Below, piece after piece: positions 40,076 through 54,324 of a stretch of 64,000 bases of DNA. Source of the DNA: Octopus vulgaris (lineage: Eukaryota). The stretch covers positions 66,836,001 to 66,900,000 of the forward strand of contig OX597833.1 in the NCBI GenBank assembly GCA_951406725.2, written 5' to 3'. A model generated the notes under the pieces. That model did no database searches, was not told where the DNA came from, and was given only the letters and a program-made list of their open reading frames with translations. The position numbers were made by a program, and so were the translations under genes. Each line of letters starts with the position of its first letter. Position 1 is the stretch's first letter.

Positions 40076-40599
40076 TATACATACATACATACATATATAT
40101 ATACACGAATGTATACATATATATATATATTTACATACATATATATAATATGTGTGTTTGTGTGTGTGTGTATGTGTGTGTGTATGTGTGTGTATGTGTG
40201 TGTGTGTATGTGCCAGTGTGTAATGTCGTGCAGTCTTATTTTTAGTATGCAGTCCAATGCTTTAAAATGCACAGAAATATTCGTGAAATATGTGCATCTT
40301 AATGTATAACAACCTGTGAACAGAAACTTAGACACACGTACACACACACACACACACATACACAGACACAGATGTGCACTCACATATACACACGCATAAA
40401 ATAGACAAACAGGTAGTGCTCTTTAACGGAATGGCATTTTTACCAATTAAAACAAATGCACCAGTTTTTTACACTTAAAAAAAAAAAATTAATTCTTTCT
40501 TCAATTCCTGGATTCTTCATTTGATAAAAAACATTCGTCACGCAAGAATGACCTTTGCGTAAAGACATGAGGGAATTCGACTCACGATTACAATGGTCA

Positions 40600-40855
40600 C
40601 AGTGACGCGTTGTGTCCTAGAACAAGACACTTTATTTTACGTTGCTCCAGTCCACTCAGCTGGCAAAAATGAGTTTTACCTGTTTTCCAAAAGGCCAGTC
40701 TTGTCACATTCTCTCTCACGTTGAATCTCCATGAGAACAACGTTAGGTTACACGTGTCTGTGGAGTGCTCAGCCACTTGCACATTAATTTCGTGAACAAG
40801 CTGTTCCGTTGATCGTATTAGCTGTATCCCTCGTCGTAACCGACGGAGTGCTTCT
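40600..40855 (+). mobile_element. CORE-type SINE body with distinct tail
   Basis: gttgtgtcctagaacaagacactttattttacgttgctccagtccactcagctg matches the CORE-like box of 27360-27684; tail gtgtctgtggagtgctcagccacttgcac recurs inverted at ~63620-63640. Confidence 0.75.
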
Positions 40856-40939
40856 TTGCGCTTTACAGTCGAACTGAGCAAGAATGCTGTGTTTTAATGT
40901 CTGTTATTTAACTATGTCTGTGTGTATTTTTATTTCAGG

Positions 40940-41234
40940 TTAAATACGTACCAGTTACGCATTGGGGTCGACACAATCGACTTAATCCGTTTGTCTGTCC
41001 TTGTTTGTCCCCTCTGTGTTTAGCCCCTTGTTGGTAGTAAAGAAACAGGTATTTCGTCTGTCTCTACGTTGTGAGTTCAAGTTCCGCCGAGGTCGACTTT
41101 GCCTTTCATTCTTTCGGGGTCGATAAATTAAGTACCAGTTACGCATTGGGGTCGATATAATCGACTTAATCCGTTTGTCTGTCCTTGTTTGTCCCCTCTG
41201 TGTCTAGCCCATTGTAGGTAGTAAAAAAATAGGT
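40940..41234 (+). mobile_element. 5'-truncated family A SINE dimer
   Basis: One partial and one full unit joined by aagaaacaggtatttcgtc. Confidence 0.88.
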
Positions 41235-41826
41235 AATTTATGTTTATAGAATTCAGCGTACAAAGTATTTGCCAATGTGTACCGATGTCTGCTGAGTCGA
41301 TATTGAATTATTACGAGAACATAAATCAAAGAGAATGGAAACAATGAGGACTTTACAGAATCCTAACACATTCTGGTTCTGTTGAACAAGATTTATTAGA
41401 ATATCATCACCTGTTTTATACGACCAGGTGAGATTTCATTGAATTTTGTCCAATTTCCTGTATTTACACTAAACACATTCGCACTGTCATCTTTTCCAAG
41501 AGATTTCCGTCCTAAAATAGATAAACATGTTACGTATATACCACACTGCCTCCTCACAGTTACATCATTAATTAAAATAACTCAAATTTGATGCAGTCGG
41601 AAGCAGTAATTTTTGGATGAAGTGTATTGTGTAGTGTATTTATTATTGTATTATTGTTGCTAAACACCGCAAAACGGTTTACACTTCAGGCATCTTCGAA
41701 ATAAAAATTAACAGAATTTACGTAAGAATGCATGTATGTATGAGCATGTGTGAATGTAGATATTGGCATATATCCATGTATTAAGGTATATATATATACT
41801 GTTTTATATATATATATATATATAAA

Positions 41827-41892
<66 letters not shown>

Positions 41893-41982
41893 TATATGCT
41901 TATATATATACATATATATATATGTATATATGTATATACATACATACATACATACATACATACAGGTATGCTTATATATGTA

Positions 41983-42029
<47 letters not shown>

Positions 42030-42804
42030 ATATATATATTCATGTATATGTATATATGTATTATATATATACGTATATATATATGCATATACGCAAGCAT
42101 ATATTCGACGGAATGTATGTAGCTACGCGAATGAATTTGTGTATGCATGTTTTCACACATACAAACATTACATACATAGACATATACATACATGCATACA
42201 TACACACACACACAGCCACACGTATATATGTATGCTTATATGTGCATGTAAATATATATGATAAAATTCAACTAGCAAATTTAATTTGTATACAAGATTT
42301 CCAGAAAACCAACAAAATAACAATGAATGTAAGAAAGAAAGAAAATTGAGATTTTTAGTTAAAATCTAATCCAGTCAAACAAAAATGGAATTTGGGGGAA
42401 AAAAAGAAAAAAGGAAGAAATCAACAACTTTATAATAATTCTGTAAATTAAACTGTTTTGCGTCAACAGAACAGCGAAATATTTGTGAAATCTGCAGATA
42501 AACAAAGATCAACAAAACACAAAAATAAACAAAAAATAAAAATAAAAAAACAACAAAAAAACAGAAGAAAACAAAAGGAGAAAGGAATAAGAAAATGAAG
42601 CATGGAATTAAGCTTCGGGAAGTAAACAAAGTAGAGATGTACGGTTATGAAGAATGAGTTGATTAACAATTTTTTTCAGGTTCAATCCCTACGTGGTGAG
42701 CGTTGGCTCGTGGGGTTGATGCGATTTGTGTAGTCGAAATTTGTGGGACAACGTCGTTGTATATATATATGTGACTCGTCGCCTTCCGTAACTGTTGTAC
42801 TATA

Positions 42805-43225
42805 TATTTCTTTACTACCCACGAGGGGCTAAACACAGGGCGGGAGGACAAACAAGGACAGACAAACGGATTAAGTCGATTATATCGACCCCAGTGCGTA
42901 ACTGCTACTTAATTTATCGACCCCGCAAAGATGAAAGGCAAAGTCGATCTCGTCGGAATTTGAACTCAGAACGTAGCGGCAGACGAAATACCTATTTCTT
43001 TACTACCCACAAGGGGTTAAACACAGAGGAGACAAACAAGGACAGACAAACGGATTAAGTCGATGATATCTACCCCAGTGCGTAACTGGTACTTGATTTA
43101 TCGACCCCGAAAAGATGAAAGGCAAAGTCAACCTCGGCGGAATTTGAACTCAGAACGTTGAGGCAGACGAAATACCGCTAAGCATTTCGCCCGGCGTGCT
43201 AACGTTTCTGCCAACTCGTCGCCTT
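42805..43225 (-). mobile_element. Family A SINE dimer with TSD
   Basis: 184-bp period; tgttgtactata at 42793-42804 and 43230-43241. Confidence 0.92.
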
Positions 43226-43583
43226 ACTGTGTTGTACTATAGCCAGGTAACAATCAACGTCTAATGAGTCAAATTAGTATAGGGAAAACTGTGGGGAAGT
43301 CCATCACATCTACACGCACTCACACAAACATACACACGTATACGCACATATATGTATATATAGTGTGGATCCACGCAGGCGCCTTATAATCACGATGAAT
43401 GTTTCCATGGTAACTCCCAACCAGATGGAGTTACAATGGGAGTAGCCATAGAGCAATAGTTGATACAGTGCATACTATAAAATGATTCCCAATTTTGGCA
43501 CAAAGCCAACGAGTTTAAAAGGGAGCGGGTTGATAGTCGACTACATCGATCCCAGTCTTCAAGGGGTTCTTATTTTATGTTTA

Positions 43584-43975
43584 AGGCCGGTGAGCTGGCA
43601 GAAACGTTAGCACGCCGGGCGAAATGCTTAGCGATATTTCGTCTGCCGAGGTCGACTTTGCCTTTCATCCTTTCGGGGTCGATTAAATAAGTACCAGTTA
43701 CGCACTGGGGTCGATGTAATCGACTTAATCACTTTGTCTGTCCTTGTTTGTCCTCTCTGTGTTTAGCCCCTTCTGAGTAGTAAAGAAATAGGTATTTCGT
43801 CTGCCGCTACGTTCTGAGTTCAAATTCCGCCGAGGTCGACTTTGCCTTTCATCCTTTCGGGGTCGATTAAAAAAGTACCAGTTACGCACTGGGGTCGATA
43901 TGTATCGACTTAATTCGTTTGTCTCTCCTTGTTTGTCCCCCCTGTGTTTAGCCCCTTGGGGGTAGTTAAGAAATA
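43584..43975 (+). mobile_element. Family A SINE dimer inserted into an older minus-strand copy
   Basis: Flanks ggttcttattttatgttta / ggtacttattttatgtgta; the first unit lacks its B box. Confidence 0.9.
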
Positions 43976-44009
43976 GGTACTTATTTTATGTGTAAATGTT
44001 TCTTTTATG

Positions 44010-44670
44010 TCGTGAAGCAGAGTGGGACAAGGCTGGCCCTTTGAAATACAGGTAGAACAGAAACAGGAAAAACGAATGAGAGAAAGTTATGGTGAAAAAG
44101 TACAGCAGGGTTCGCCACCACCCACTGCTAGAACATCGTGGGGCTTTAGGTGTTTTCGCTCAATAAACACTCACAACGCTCGTTCTGGGAATCGTAACCG
44201 CGAGCCTTTCACTGCGAGTCCGCTGCTCTAACCTATTTCTTTACTGCCCACAAGGGGCTAAACACAGAAGGGACAAACAAGGAGAGACAAACGGATTAAG
44301 TCGATTACATTGACCCCAGTGCGAAACTGGTACTTAATTTATCGACCCCGAAAGGATGAAAGGCAAAGTCGACCTCGGCAGAATTTGAACTCAGAACGTA
44401 GCGGCGGACGAAATACCTATTTCTTTACTACCCACAAGGGGCTAAACACAGAGGGGACAAACAAGGACAGACAAACGGATTAAGTCGATTATATTGAACC
44501 TCAGTGCGTAACTGGTACTTAATTTATCGACCCCGAAAGGATGAAAGGCAAAGTCGACCTTGGCGGAATTTGAACTCCTAACGTAATAGCAGACGAAATA
44601 CGGCTACGCATTCGCCCGGCGTGCTAACGTTTCTGCCAGCTGCTCAAACCACTGGGTTATTGCGCCTCCA
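44010..44670 (-). mobile_element. tRNA-SINE (family D, related to 48953-49240) interrupted by a family A dimer at 44234-44640
   Basis: Split head tggaggcgcaataacccagtggtttgagcagc|ggactcgc; TSD gctgctctaacc/gctgctcaaacc; body gagcgaaaacacctaaag..ggcgaacc. Confidence 0.85.
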
Positions 44671-45038
44671 AACACAAAACATACGTATTGTACACTCACG
44701 TTTCTGCATACACAAACATTCACACACATGCGCATGTGCGCATGTGCGCATGTGCGCATAATCATTTGTAGAGGGAAGGGTATGATGTTCAAGACTAATA
44801 AAAATCGTTGAGTTATATGGAAGTTAAAAATGTCTTCAAATACGAAATTAACGTGGCTGTTTAGAATCACCACAAGGCTCGTGGCTGAAAAATATAAATA
44901 TTTCAACGGAAAACGTCCACACACACATCTTATGCTCACATGCACACAGACATATATACACACACACACGCACAGCCAGATGTACACATACACGACACAA
45001 ACACTCACAAATATTCATATATATATATAGATAGATTG

Positions 45039-45083
<45 letters not shown>

Positions 45084-45208
45084 TATATATAAACATATAC
45101 ACATGTATAAACTTATATATTTGGAGCCCACACTGAAACACACATACATATACCACTATCTATCTAGCTAGCTAGCTATCAGCCTACCTATCCATTTGTC
45201 TATGTATG

Positions 45209-45239
<31 letters not shown>

Positions 45240-45278
45240 CTATCTATCACTCTATCTATCAATCTAACTAAGTTTCTG

Positions 45279-45478
<200 letters not shown>

Positions 45479-45756
45479 GTGTCTGTCTATCTATCTCTCT
45501 ATCTATCTATCTATTTTTATATTAAATCTATCTATCTGTCTGTCTATGTATCGATAAATATATTTATATTTAATCATATATATGTGTACCCATTTACTCT
45601 GTTACTCGCTTGCACCATGCGGCCGTGGTAATGCTGGAACGTCATCACAAAAAAATAAATTAACATTTATGCATACATGTGAAAATATATATACATACTC
45701 ATACGTACAGATATATATCAATATAAAAACACACACACACATACACACACTCACAC

Positions 45757-45870
<114 letters not shown>

Positions 45871-45906
45871 TACATATGTATATATATATATATACATATA
45901 TATTAT

Positions 45907-45983
<77 letters not shown>

Positions 45984-46238
45984 ATATGTATATATGTTTG
46001 TGAGTGTTTGTGTGTTTGTGTTTTTTGTGTTTATGTATTTGTTGCGTATCTCTTGGAACTATCTTTACTTGGCTTCTTTTACCGTTTTCCATAAAGTATT
46101 TCAAAGTCTAGTTAGGAGAGATACCGACAATTTCGTCTTTTGGATCTACACTTTCATGTCTCGTTTATGGAAGGCAAGTAACGCCAAAGGAAACTTCTTT
46201 ATCCTGATTAGATAAAAATATATATAACAAGCATTACG

Positions 46239-46294
<56 letters not shown>

Positions 46295-46636
46295 TATGTA
46301 TATATGTATGTATGTATTTAGGCGGCTATATGTAACCGTAATCGCTTTAGCTCTTGGTTATATTACTCAAATATAACTGTCCTAATCTGGAAATCATGTA
46401 TTTTTTAAGTGAAGGAAATGAAGTTCTTGCACATATCTGCAAATAATCTTCAAGTGGAACTGTTGGAATATGTAAGAATTCTTTAATATACAAGTTGTAA
46501 CTCTTTAGGAACTCGCGCCTTCTTTAAGGAGAGAATGCGAAAGTATACTGACTGAGAAAAACATGAGAAAACTTCAGGAAAAAACACAAACACATAATGA
46601 TCTGTACATACACACAAACATGCATATATATATATA

Positions 46637-46695
<59 letters not shown>

Positions 46696-46737
46696 CAATA
46701 ATAATTCTCTAAATGAGATATAGACAGTGACTGCTCC

Positions 46738-46957
46738 ATAATATACGGGATATTAGCCAACCGAATATGGCTAGGGACAGGGCAGGGTGGTGGGGGTGTC
46801 ACTGTTGCATTTAGCCCCAGGCGAACATCAACGTCACCAGATAGGCCTGACGCCATCACGGCGTCCTCTATCTTGCATTGCTAAATGCAACAGTGACACC
46901 CCCACCACCCTGCCCTGTCCCTAGCCATATTCGGTTGGCTAATATCCCGTATATTAT
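46738..46957. repeat. Perfect 78-bp inverted repeat with 64-bp spacer
   Basis: 46738-46815 is the exact reverse complement of 46880-46957 (checked by eye). Confidence 0.93.
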
Positions 46958-47024
46958 ATATATATATATATATATATAGGTAGATATATATATATATATA
47001 TATTTGTAGATATATATATATATA

Positions 47025-47220
47025 GTTGAAATTTAGAGAGAAACAAAAGACGATGACAGGTGTATAAACAGCAAACAGGTGTATTACTTTAACGCTGGGG
47101 AGTGTGGGAAAATCTTTTACGTTTCGAGCCTTCGCTCTTCAAGACGAACGAAAAGGAACACGAGGAAATAAACAGAGAGAATAAGAAAAACTTTTGGAGC
47201 TAGCGGTCAATCATGGCGTG
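47025..47220 (-). mobile_element. Family C copy, degenerate hammerhead-like motif (~47113-47150)
   Basis: Minus strand TTGAA-GAGC-GAAG-GCTC-GAA-ACGT-A-AAAGA; aaacaaaagacgatgacaggtg shared with other copies; (TA)n at the 3' end. Confidence 0.65.
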
Positions 47221-47229
47221 CTTGCGCGT

Positions 47230-47311
<82 letters not shown>

Positions 47312-47559
47312 TTGGCAGCGCCATCTCTAGCCGAACAATTATTCTGTGGTGAGGAAGGGAAATAACTCGCAAGTCGCAATACACAGATTTTATTTTCAGC
47401 TGAGTAGGGGTGCTAGATTCCAGACACAGATCGTGTGGTATAGCCAGCTGGAGATGATGTCTCCTGGGGCTAAATTACAACAACATTCGTCCTAAACCAG
47501 GACTGCCATGATATGTTGGCAAACAGTCTCTACTCCATATAATATATATCATAGGAGCA

Positions 47560-48564
<1,005 letters not shown>

Positions 48565-48952
48565 AAATTATAAACATATATTTCAAAGATTTAGGTAAAC
48601 AAAAACACAAAAGATAGTGATTATCAGTTTAACTTCCAATAAAAAATTAAGAAAGTGTGTCTTTGAAGTTTCGACTTTGATCTCTTCGTCAGGCAGATAA
48701 CTAGCCTGATAGAGCAGTAGAAATAACGTGGGGGAAGAAAATAACAAGACGACAGTAACACTTCATCTTCATAGTTTAAGATTTTTCATTTTTTCTTTCT
48801 CCTGAAGAAATGTGTGACTCTTGCCATTTATACTTATTGTTTTCCGTGTATCAGTTATGTAATTATATAAATCGTTACGTTTTTACTCTCTTGAAACAGT
48901 TAGAGAGGGCAATTAGATTATGACATGAACTTTACGCCTTTGCATGTATTAT

Positions 48953-49240
48953 TCTGGTCTAGTGGTTGGAGAAGCGGACTCGCGGGTTCGAATCTCAGAC
49001 CGGGCGCGATATGTGTTTATGAGCGAAACACCTAAGCTCCACGAGGCTCCGGCAGAAGGTAATGGCGAACTTCTGCTGACTCTTTCGCCACAACTTTCTC
49101 TCACACTTTCCTCCTCCTGCATCTTGCAGCTCACCTGCGACGGACCGGCGTCCCGTCCAGTTGGGGAACCTATACGCCAAGGAAACCGGGAAACCGGCCC
49201 TTATGAGCCAGGCATGGCTCGAGAAGGAACAAACAACAAA
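48953..49240 (+). mobile_element. tRNA-derived SINE family D
   Basis: A box ggtctagtggtt, B box gggttcgaatctc; 3' part cctgcgacggaccggcgtcccgtccag..ggaaaccggg recalls the 3' segment of V-type SINEs; (CAA)-like tail. Confidence 0.75.
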
Positions 49241-49704
49241 CATATTTTCTTCTAGATAGATAGCTAGACAGATAGATGGAGAGATGGATAGGCAGTTTAT
49301 ATATATAGGTAGAGATATATGTGAGCTATGCATCTTCGAGATACGTATGTACTCACGATTACTCATACAAATTGTATGTTTTCCTGTCTTCTCATATATC
49401 ATAAGGCATCTAGCTCGCAGTTATACGGTCGGTTTATAAACTGGTCACAGTATAATTATAATGACCACACGTCACATGCTGTTATATACGTCTGGTGACA
49501 ATGCTTTTCCAAATCTGTTGTGATCTCACCATTCGCTGTGATCTTGAATAAAATTGCTTAATTAGATCGGCTTAATTAGATTGCCGTTCTGTTGGATATC
49601 ACTCGGCAATTGCACGGGACCGCCTTCTGCATGGGAACTTAAAGGGAAGAATGAAAAAAGAACTTTTAAATTGGGAAAGACAAAACAAAAATACAATATT
49701 ATGT

Positions 49705-50242
49705 TGAAAGTTGAGGGTCTCAAACACAGCCAATATTAATCACACGGGTATTAATTCCATCTCTGTTCCTCGTTGAGTTTTGTAAAACTGGTGGTGCATA
49801 TCTCCTTATCGAATAATTTTGCCGGATCGTCCTCGAATCGTCTCATTTCGAATGTACTCTCTCCTAGCATAGATCTTGCTATGGCCCTTTGCGCCGTGAC
49901 CAATTGATGTTCTATCCTCTTCATAGTAACCCACAGGTCACTTACATATAACAGCGCAGGTAGGATGGTGCTACTGAAGAATCTGGTACGCATGGTATTG
50001 TCTAGCTTTGGTTCAGGCACACCCTTTATTGAGTTAAACACCATCCAACCTGGCCATATTCTCTTGGAAAAATCTAAAAAATTAAACGTATCTCACGCAT
50101 AACATTTGAGCTTCTTTAGAGTAAATAGCAAAATTATTCGATGAAGAGATGGGCGCCACCAGCTTTACCAAACTCAAGAAACAGAAATGGAATTAATACC
50201 CGGGTGATTAGTAGTCGTTGTGTTTGAGACCCTCAACTTTCA
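49705..50242. mobile_element. Foldback-like element (~115-bp imperfect inverted arms) enclosing an RTE-clade RT fragment
   Basis: 49705-49822 is inverted relative to 50128-50242; minus-strand 50065->49860 encodes GWMVFNSIK...RTRFFSSTILPALLYVSDLW...QLVTAQRAIARSMLG (RTE thumb region). Confidence 0.8.
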
Positions 50243-51516
50243 GTCATCGGGGTGGACATTCTCAATCAATCATATTTTCAACATAATATTGTATTTTCGT
50301 TTTGTTTTGTTTTGTCTTTCCAAATTTAAAAGATTTTTTTTTATTCTTCCTTTTAACGCCAACATTTTTTTTTCTTTGTGTAATTGAATCTATAATTTTA
50401 AATTTATTTAGCAATTCTATTAAGTACTTGATTTTTGCATTAATTGCAATATTTGCCATCGATATAATTACTCGTGTGAAAAACAACAACCAAACATCTA
50501 AACACAGACACACGGACAGACATACTCACACATTCAAACATACACGAGAAAAATAAATAAATAAAATCTTTTTTTGCCAGCTATTTATATACTACTCTTG
50601 TTCTGTATGCGCATCAGTATGTGTGTATGTGTGTGTGTGTGTGTGTGGGGGTAATGGGTGGGTGTTTGAGTGGTTGTGGGTGTGTAATTATTTTCCTCTC
50701 AGTCTAGGAATTTAATTGTGGCCATAATGAATGCTGTTAATAAAAAATATTTAAATAGCTACAACCATACAATTTCGCGAAACAGTAAGGTAGCCTTAAA
50801 AGAAGCAGAGGGGGAAAGAGAAAGAGAGGTAGAAAGAGAGAACGAGCAAGAGAGAGAGTGAGAGAGAGAGAGAGAGAGGGAGAGACAGAGAGTAAACCCA
50901 CAGATGGCATCATTTGCCCAGCCGGGCCTGCACCTGTAACTACGTTTCAATCAGGTTCTACCCAGAGAACGCAAAACTTTGTCGTGCCATTATTCTTCAG
51001 TTTTGAAGATTTTCGTCCTTGGAACGTCACGACTTATGTCCCAAGAAGAGAATAACGGGAATGAAACTTTCCAGTTTTGGAGATCCTGGAAATATTATAG
51101 AAACATCTGCCTCCGTTTCTTCCTTCTTCTCTCCGTCCATTTCGTCCTCTCTTGTTTTCTATCTGTCTTTTCTCTCTGAATAATTTATGAAAGCAAAATT
51201 GACGGGCAAATATCTAAGGAAACCAGACCAAGTATTTTCAACAGCGAAGGTCTATACATGGAGCGATCTGAATCGGTAGAGAGTCTGACAAATTATTTAC
51301 AGTGTATGTTGTGACGTCCTACGCTCTGAGTTGAAATTCTGCCGAGCTTAATTTTGTCTGTGATCCACTAGGGGTTGACAAAAAGGTACCACTACACGTT
51401 TGTGGATAGGCAGAACTATAAGCCCCTCAGACCGGACGCCTTGTGAATTTATTTCGGTTCTTGCTGGACAGGCTTAATATTTCTCATTGACAATAACACC
51501 TCTATATAATTTCTCG

Positions 51517-51557
51517 GTCTCTGAAGAAGCACCAGAATGCGAAACGAAATGTCATAT
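51517..51557 (+). ncRNA. Minimal hammerhead-like motif with canonical core
   Basis: CTGAAGA-A-GCA-CCAGAA-TGC-GAA-AC-GAAAT-GT-C; GUC site; stem I degraded. Confidence 0.5.
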
Positions 51558-52145
51558 TCCTTCATTCATCTTGCCAAGCGAATTTGCCAAATATTCTTGT
51601 ATTCTGTACGTATAAATATTCTGTAGGTAAATTTATAGCATCTTTTACAAAGCCTTAATCAACCACAAAAGATACATAGACATAGCTGCTCCAGCTACTG
51701 GAAAAAGCTAGAAAAATTCCGTTACATCGTGGTTTTCGCCCCTCTTTATACAAGACACATTCGTTGGTCATTGTCACGCTACTCTACACGCGTAAAATAT
51801 CAGGATGGTGATGATATTGGGGAATATCTGGTCTCCTTTAAAGGAGTTAGGGTAAAACTACAGCAGCAGGAATAAAATTGTACACAAACGTCCACATTGA
51901 TAAATTCTCTGCTAACAAATACACATGAACATATTCGGTCAGTTTTCTTGACCATATTTTGGCATCAAGGCCAATGTTTTTTTCAATATTTCAGACACGT
52001 AGCGCCATCGTCTACTCATAAAGTTGTACGGACGTTATCGTACTTACAGCGTATCATAGGGAAATGTTAGACATTGTGGATCTCGTCTGTCTCCAGGGTT
52101 TACAACAGCCAGTTTCTGCTAGGAACAGAGAAAGGGGCAGCGATA

Positions 52146-52207
<62 letters not shown>

Positions 52208-52545
52208 TAGAGAGAGAGAGGAGGGAAGAGAAAAAATGAAAGAGAGTGAGAGGGAGAGACTGATTGGAGAGAGGGAAAAGTCCACTTTGATGCAGGGCTG
52301 GTATTTTATCGAGACAACCGGGGTGAAAAGCAATGATTAGCTCAGGAGAATCTGAACCCTGACCGTACAATGCGAGGAGGATTACTACAAAACAGACAAT
52401 TGGGCGCTGACCTGAATGCGCATGTGCGTACGTGCGCCTGAGTACACACACACACAAACACAAAAACACACACATAGTGAGTGAGGGAGAGAGAAAGGAA
52501 GAATGTACGATGAACAATCTATGATGTACTGGATTCTGCAGAAGA

Positions 52546-52768
52546 TACTCTTTTACTCTTTTACTCTTTTACTTGTTTCAGTCATTTGACTGCGGCCATG
52601 CTGCAGCACCGCTTTTTAGTCGAGCAAATTGACCCCGCCAGGACTTATTCTTTGTAAGCCCAGTACTTATTCTATCGGTCTCTTTTGCCGAACCGCTAGG
52701 TGACGGGGACGTAAACATACCAGCATAGGTTGTCAAGCAATGCTAGGGCGACAAACACAGACACACAA

Positions 52769-52832
<64 letters not shown>

Positions 52833-52999
52833 TTACGACAGGCTTCTTTCAGTTTCCGTCTACCAAATCCACTCACAAGGCATTGGTCGGCCCGGGGCTA
52901 TAGCAGAAGACACTTGCCCAAGATGCTACGCAGTGGGACTGAACCCGGAACCGTGTGGTTGGTTAGCAAGCTACTTACCACACAGCCACTCCTGCGCCT
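52546..52999 (-). mobile_element. Family B SINE, full length, young
   Basis: Minus-strand head gaggcgcaggagtggctgtgtggtaag..ggttccgggttcagtccc, CORE-like tcttgggcaagtgtcttct, internal (TA)n(TG)n, tail (AAAAGAGT)3. Confidence 0.92.
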
Positions 53000-53402
53000 C
53001 CTTAATGAAAGCTTTAATCAACACATCTCATCAAGACAAACCCACGGTGCGTTGCATCAGGGACAGACAAGGAATGGCTCCAGACCAAACGTCCGACTTG
53101 TTGTCTCTTCCATCGCACGCAAATTATATTTTATAATGTTTTCGTCCCGAACATTCTACATTGGGATTTTTATTACTTAATTTCCGCATCCAGACGATTG
53201 TCCATGATGGAAATACATAATATGATAATTCCATTTTATTTCGACAGAGAAATAACAATAAGTGCTCAGTTATTGTATCCAGATGTGTATTGGAGCACCT
53301 CTAATCCCAACACATCGATCATAGAATCATAAAATTTCCAAAGATTATACTAATTAAGACAACACGATATCTGAAGATGTGTACGTATGTAGCTATACGT
53401 GT

Positions 53403-53613
53403 GTATGTATGTATGTATGTATGTATGTATGTATGTATGTATGTATGTATGTATGTATGTATGTATGTATGTATGTATGTATGTATGTATGTATGTATGT
53501 ATGTATGTATGTATGTATGTATGTGTATGTCTGTGTATGTCTGTGTATGTATGTATGTATGTATGTATGTATGTATGTATGTATGTATGTATGTATGTAT
53601 GTATGTATGTATG
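53403..53613. repeat. (TATG)n microsatellite
   Basis: Directly visible. Confidence 0.95.
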
Positions 53614-53693
53614 TATATATATATATATATATACATACACACACATATATATATATATACACGTATATATGTATGCATATGTATATGTATGTG

Positions 53694-54324
53694 AGGCGGC
53701 GAGGTGGCAGAGACGTTAGCACGCCGGACGAAATGCGTAGCCGTATTTAGTCCGCCGTTACGTTCTGAGATCAAAATCCGCCGACGTCGACTTTGCCTTT
53801 CATCCTTTCGGGGTCGATAAATTAAGTACCAGTTACGCACTGGTGTCGATGTAAATGACTTAATCCCTTTGTCTGTCCTTGTGTCTGTCCTTGTTCGTCC
53901 CCTCTGTGTTTAGCCCCTTGTGGGTAGTAAAGAAATAAGCATTTCGTCTGCCGCTACGTTCTGAGTCCAAAAATCCGCCGAGGTCGACTTTGCCTTTCAT
54001 CCTTTCGAGAGGTCGGTAAATTAAGTACCAGTTACGCACTGGGGTCGATATTAATCGACCTAATCCCTTTGTCAGACCTTGTTTGTCCCCTATATGTTTG
54101 GATCATTGTGGGCAATAAAGAAATAAGAAACGTTAGCAAGCCGGGCGAAATGCTTGGCGGTATTTCGGCTGTCTTCGCGTTCTGTGTTAAAATTCCGCCG
54201 TGGTCGACTTTGCATTTCATCATTTCGGGGTCGATAATTTAAGTACCAGTAGCGTACAGGTGTTGATCTAATCGACTGGACTCCTCCCTCAAAATTTCGG
54301 GCCTTGTACCTAGAGTAGAAAAAA
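53694..54324 (+). mobile_element. Family A SINE three-unit array (dimer followed by a type-B-tailed unit)
   Basis: Units start at ~53741 and ~53938; the third restarts within the head (aagaaata|agaaacgttagca, 54121-54138). Confidence 0.88.
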
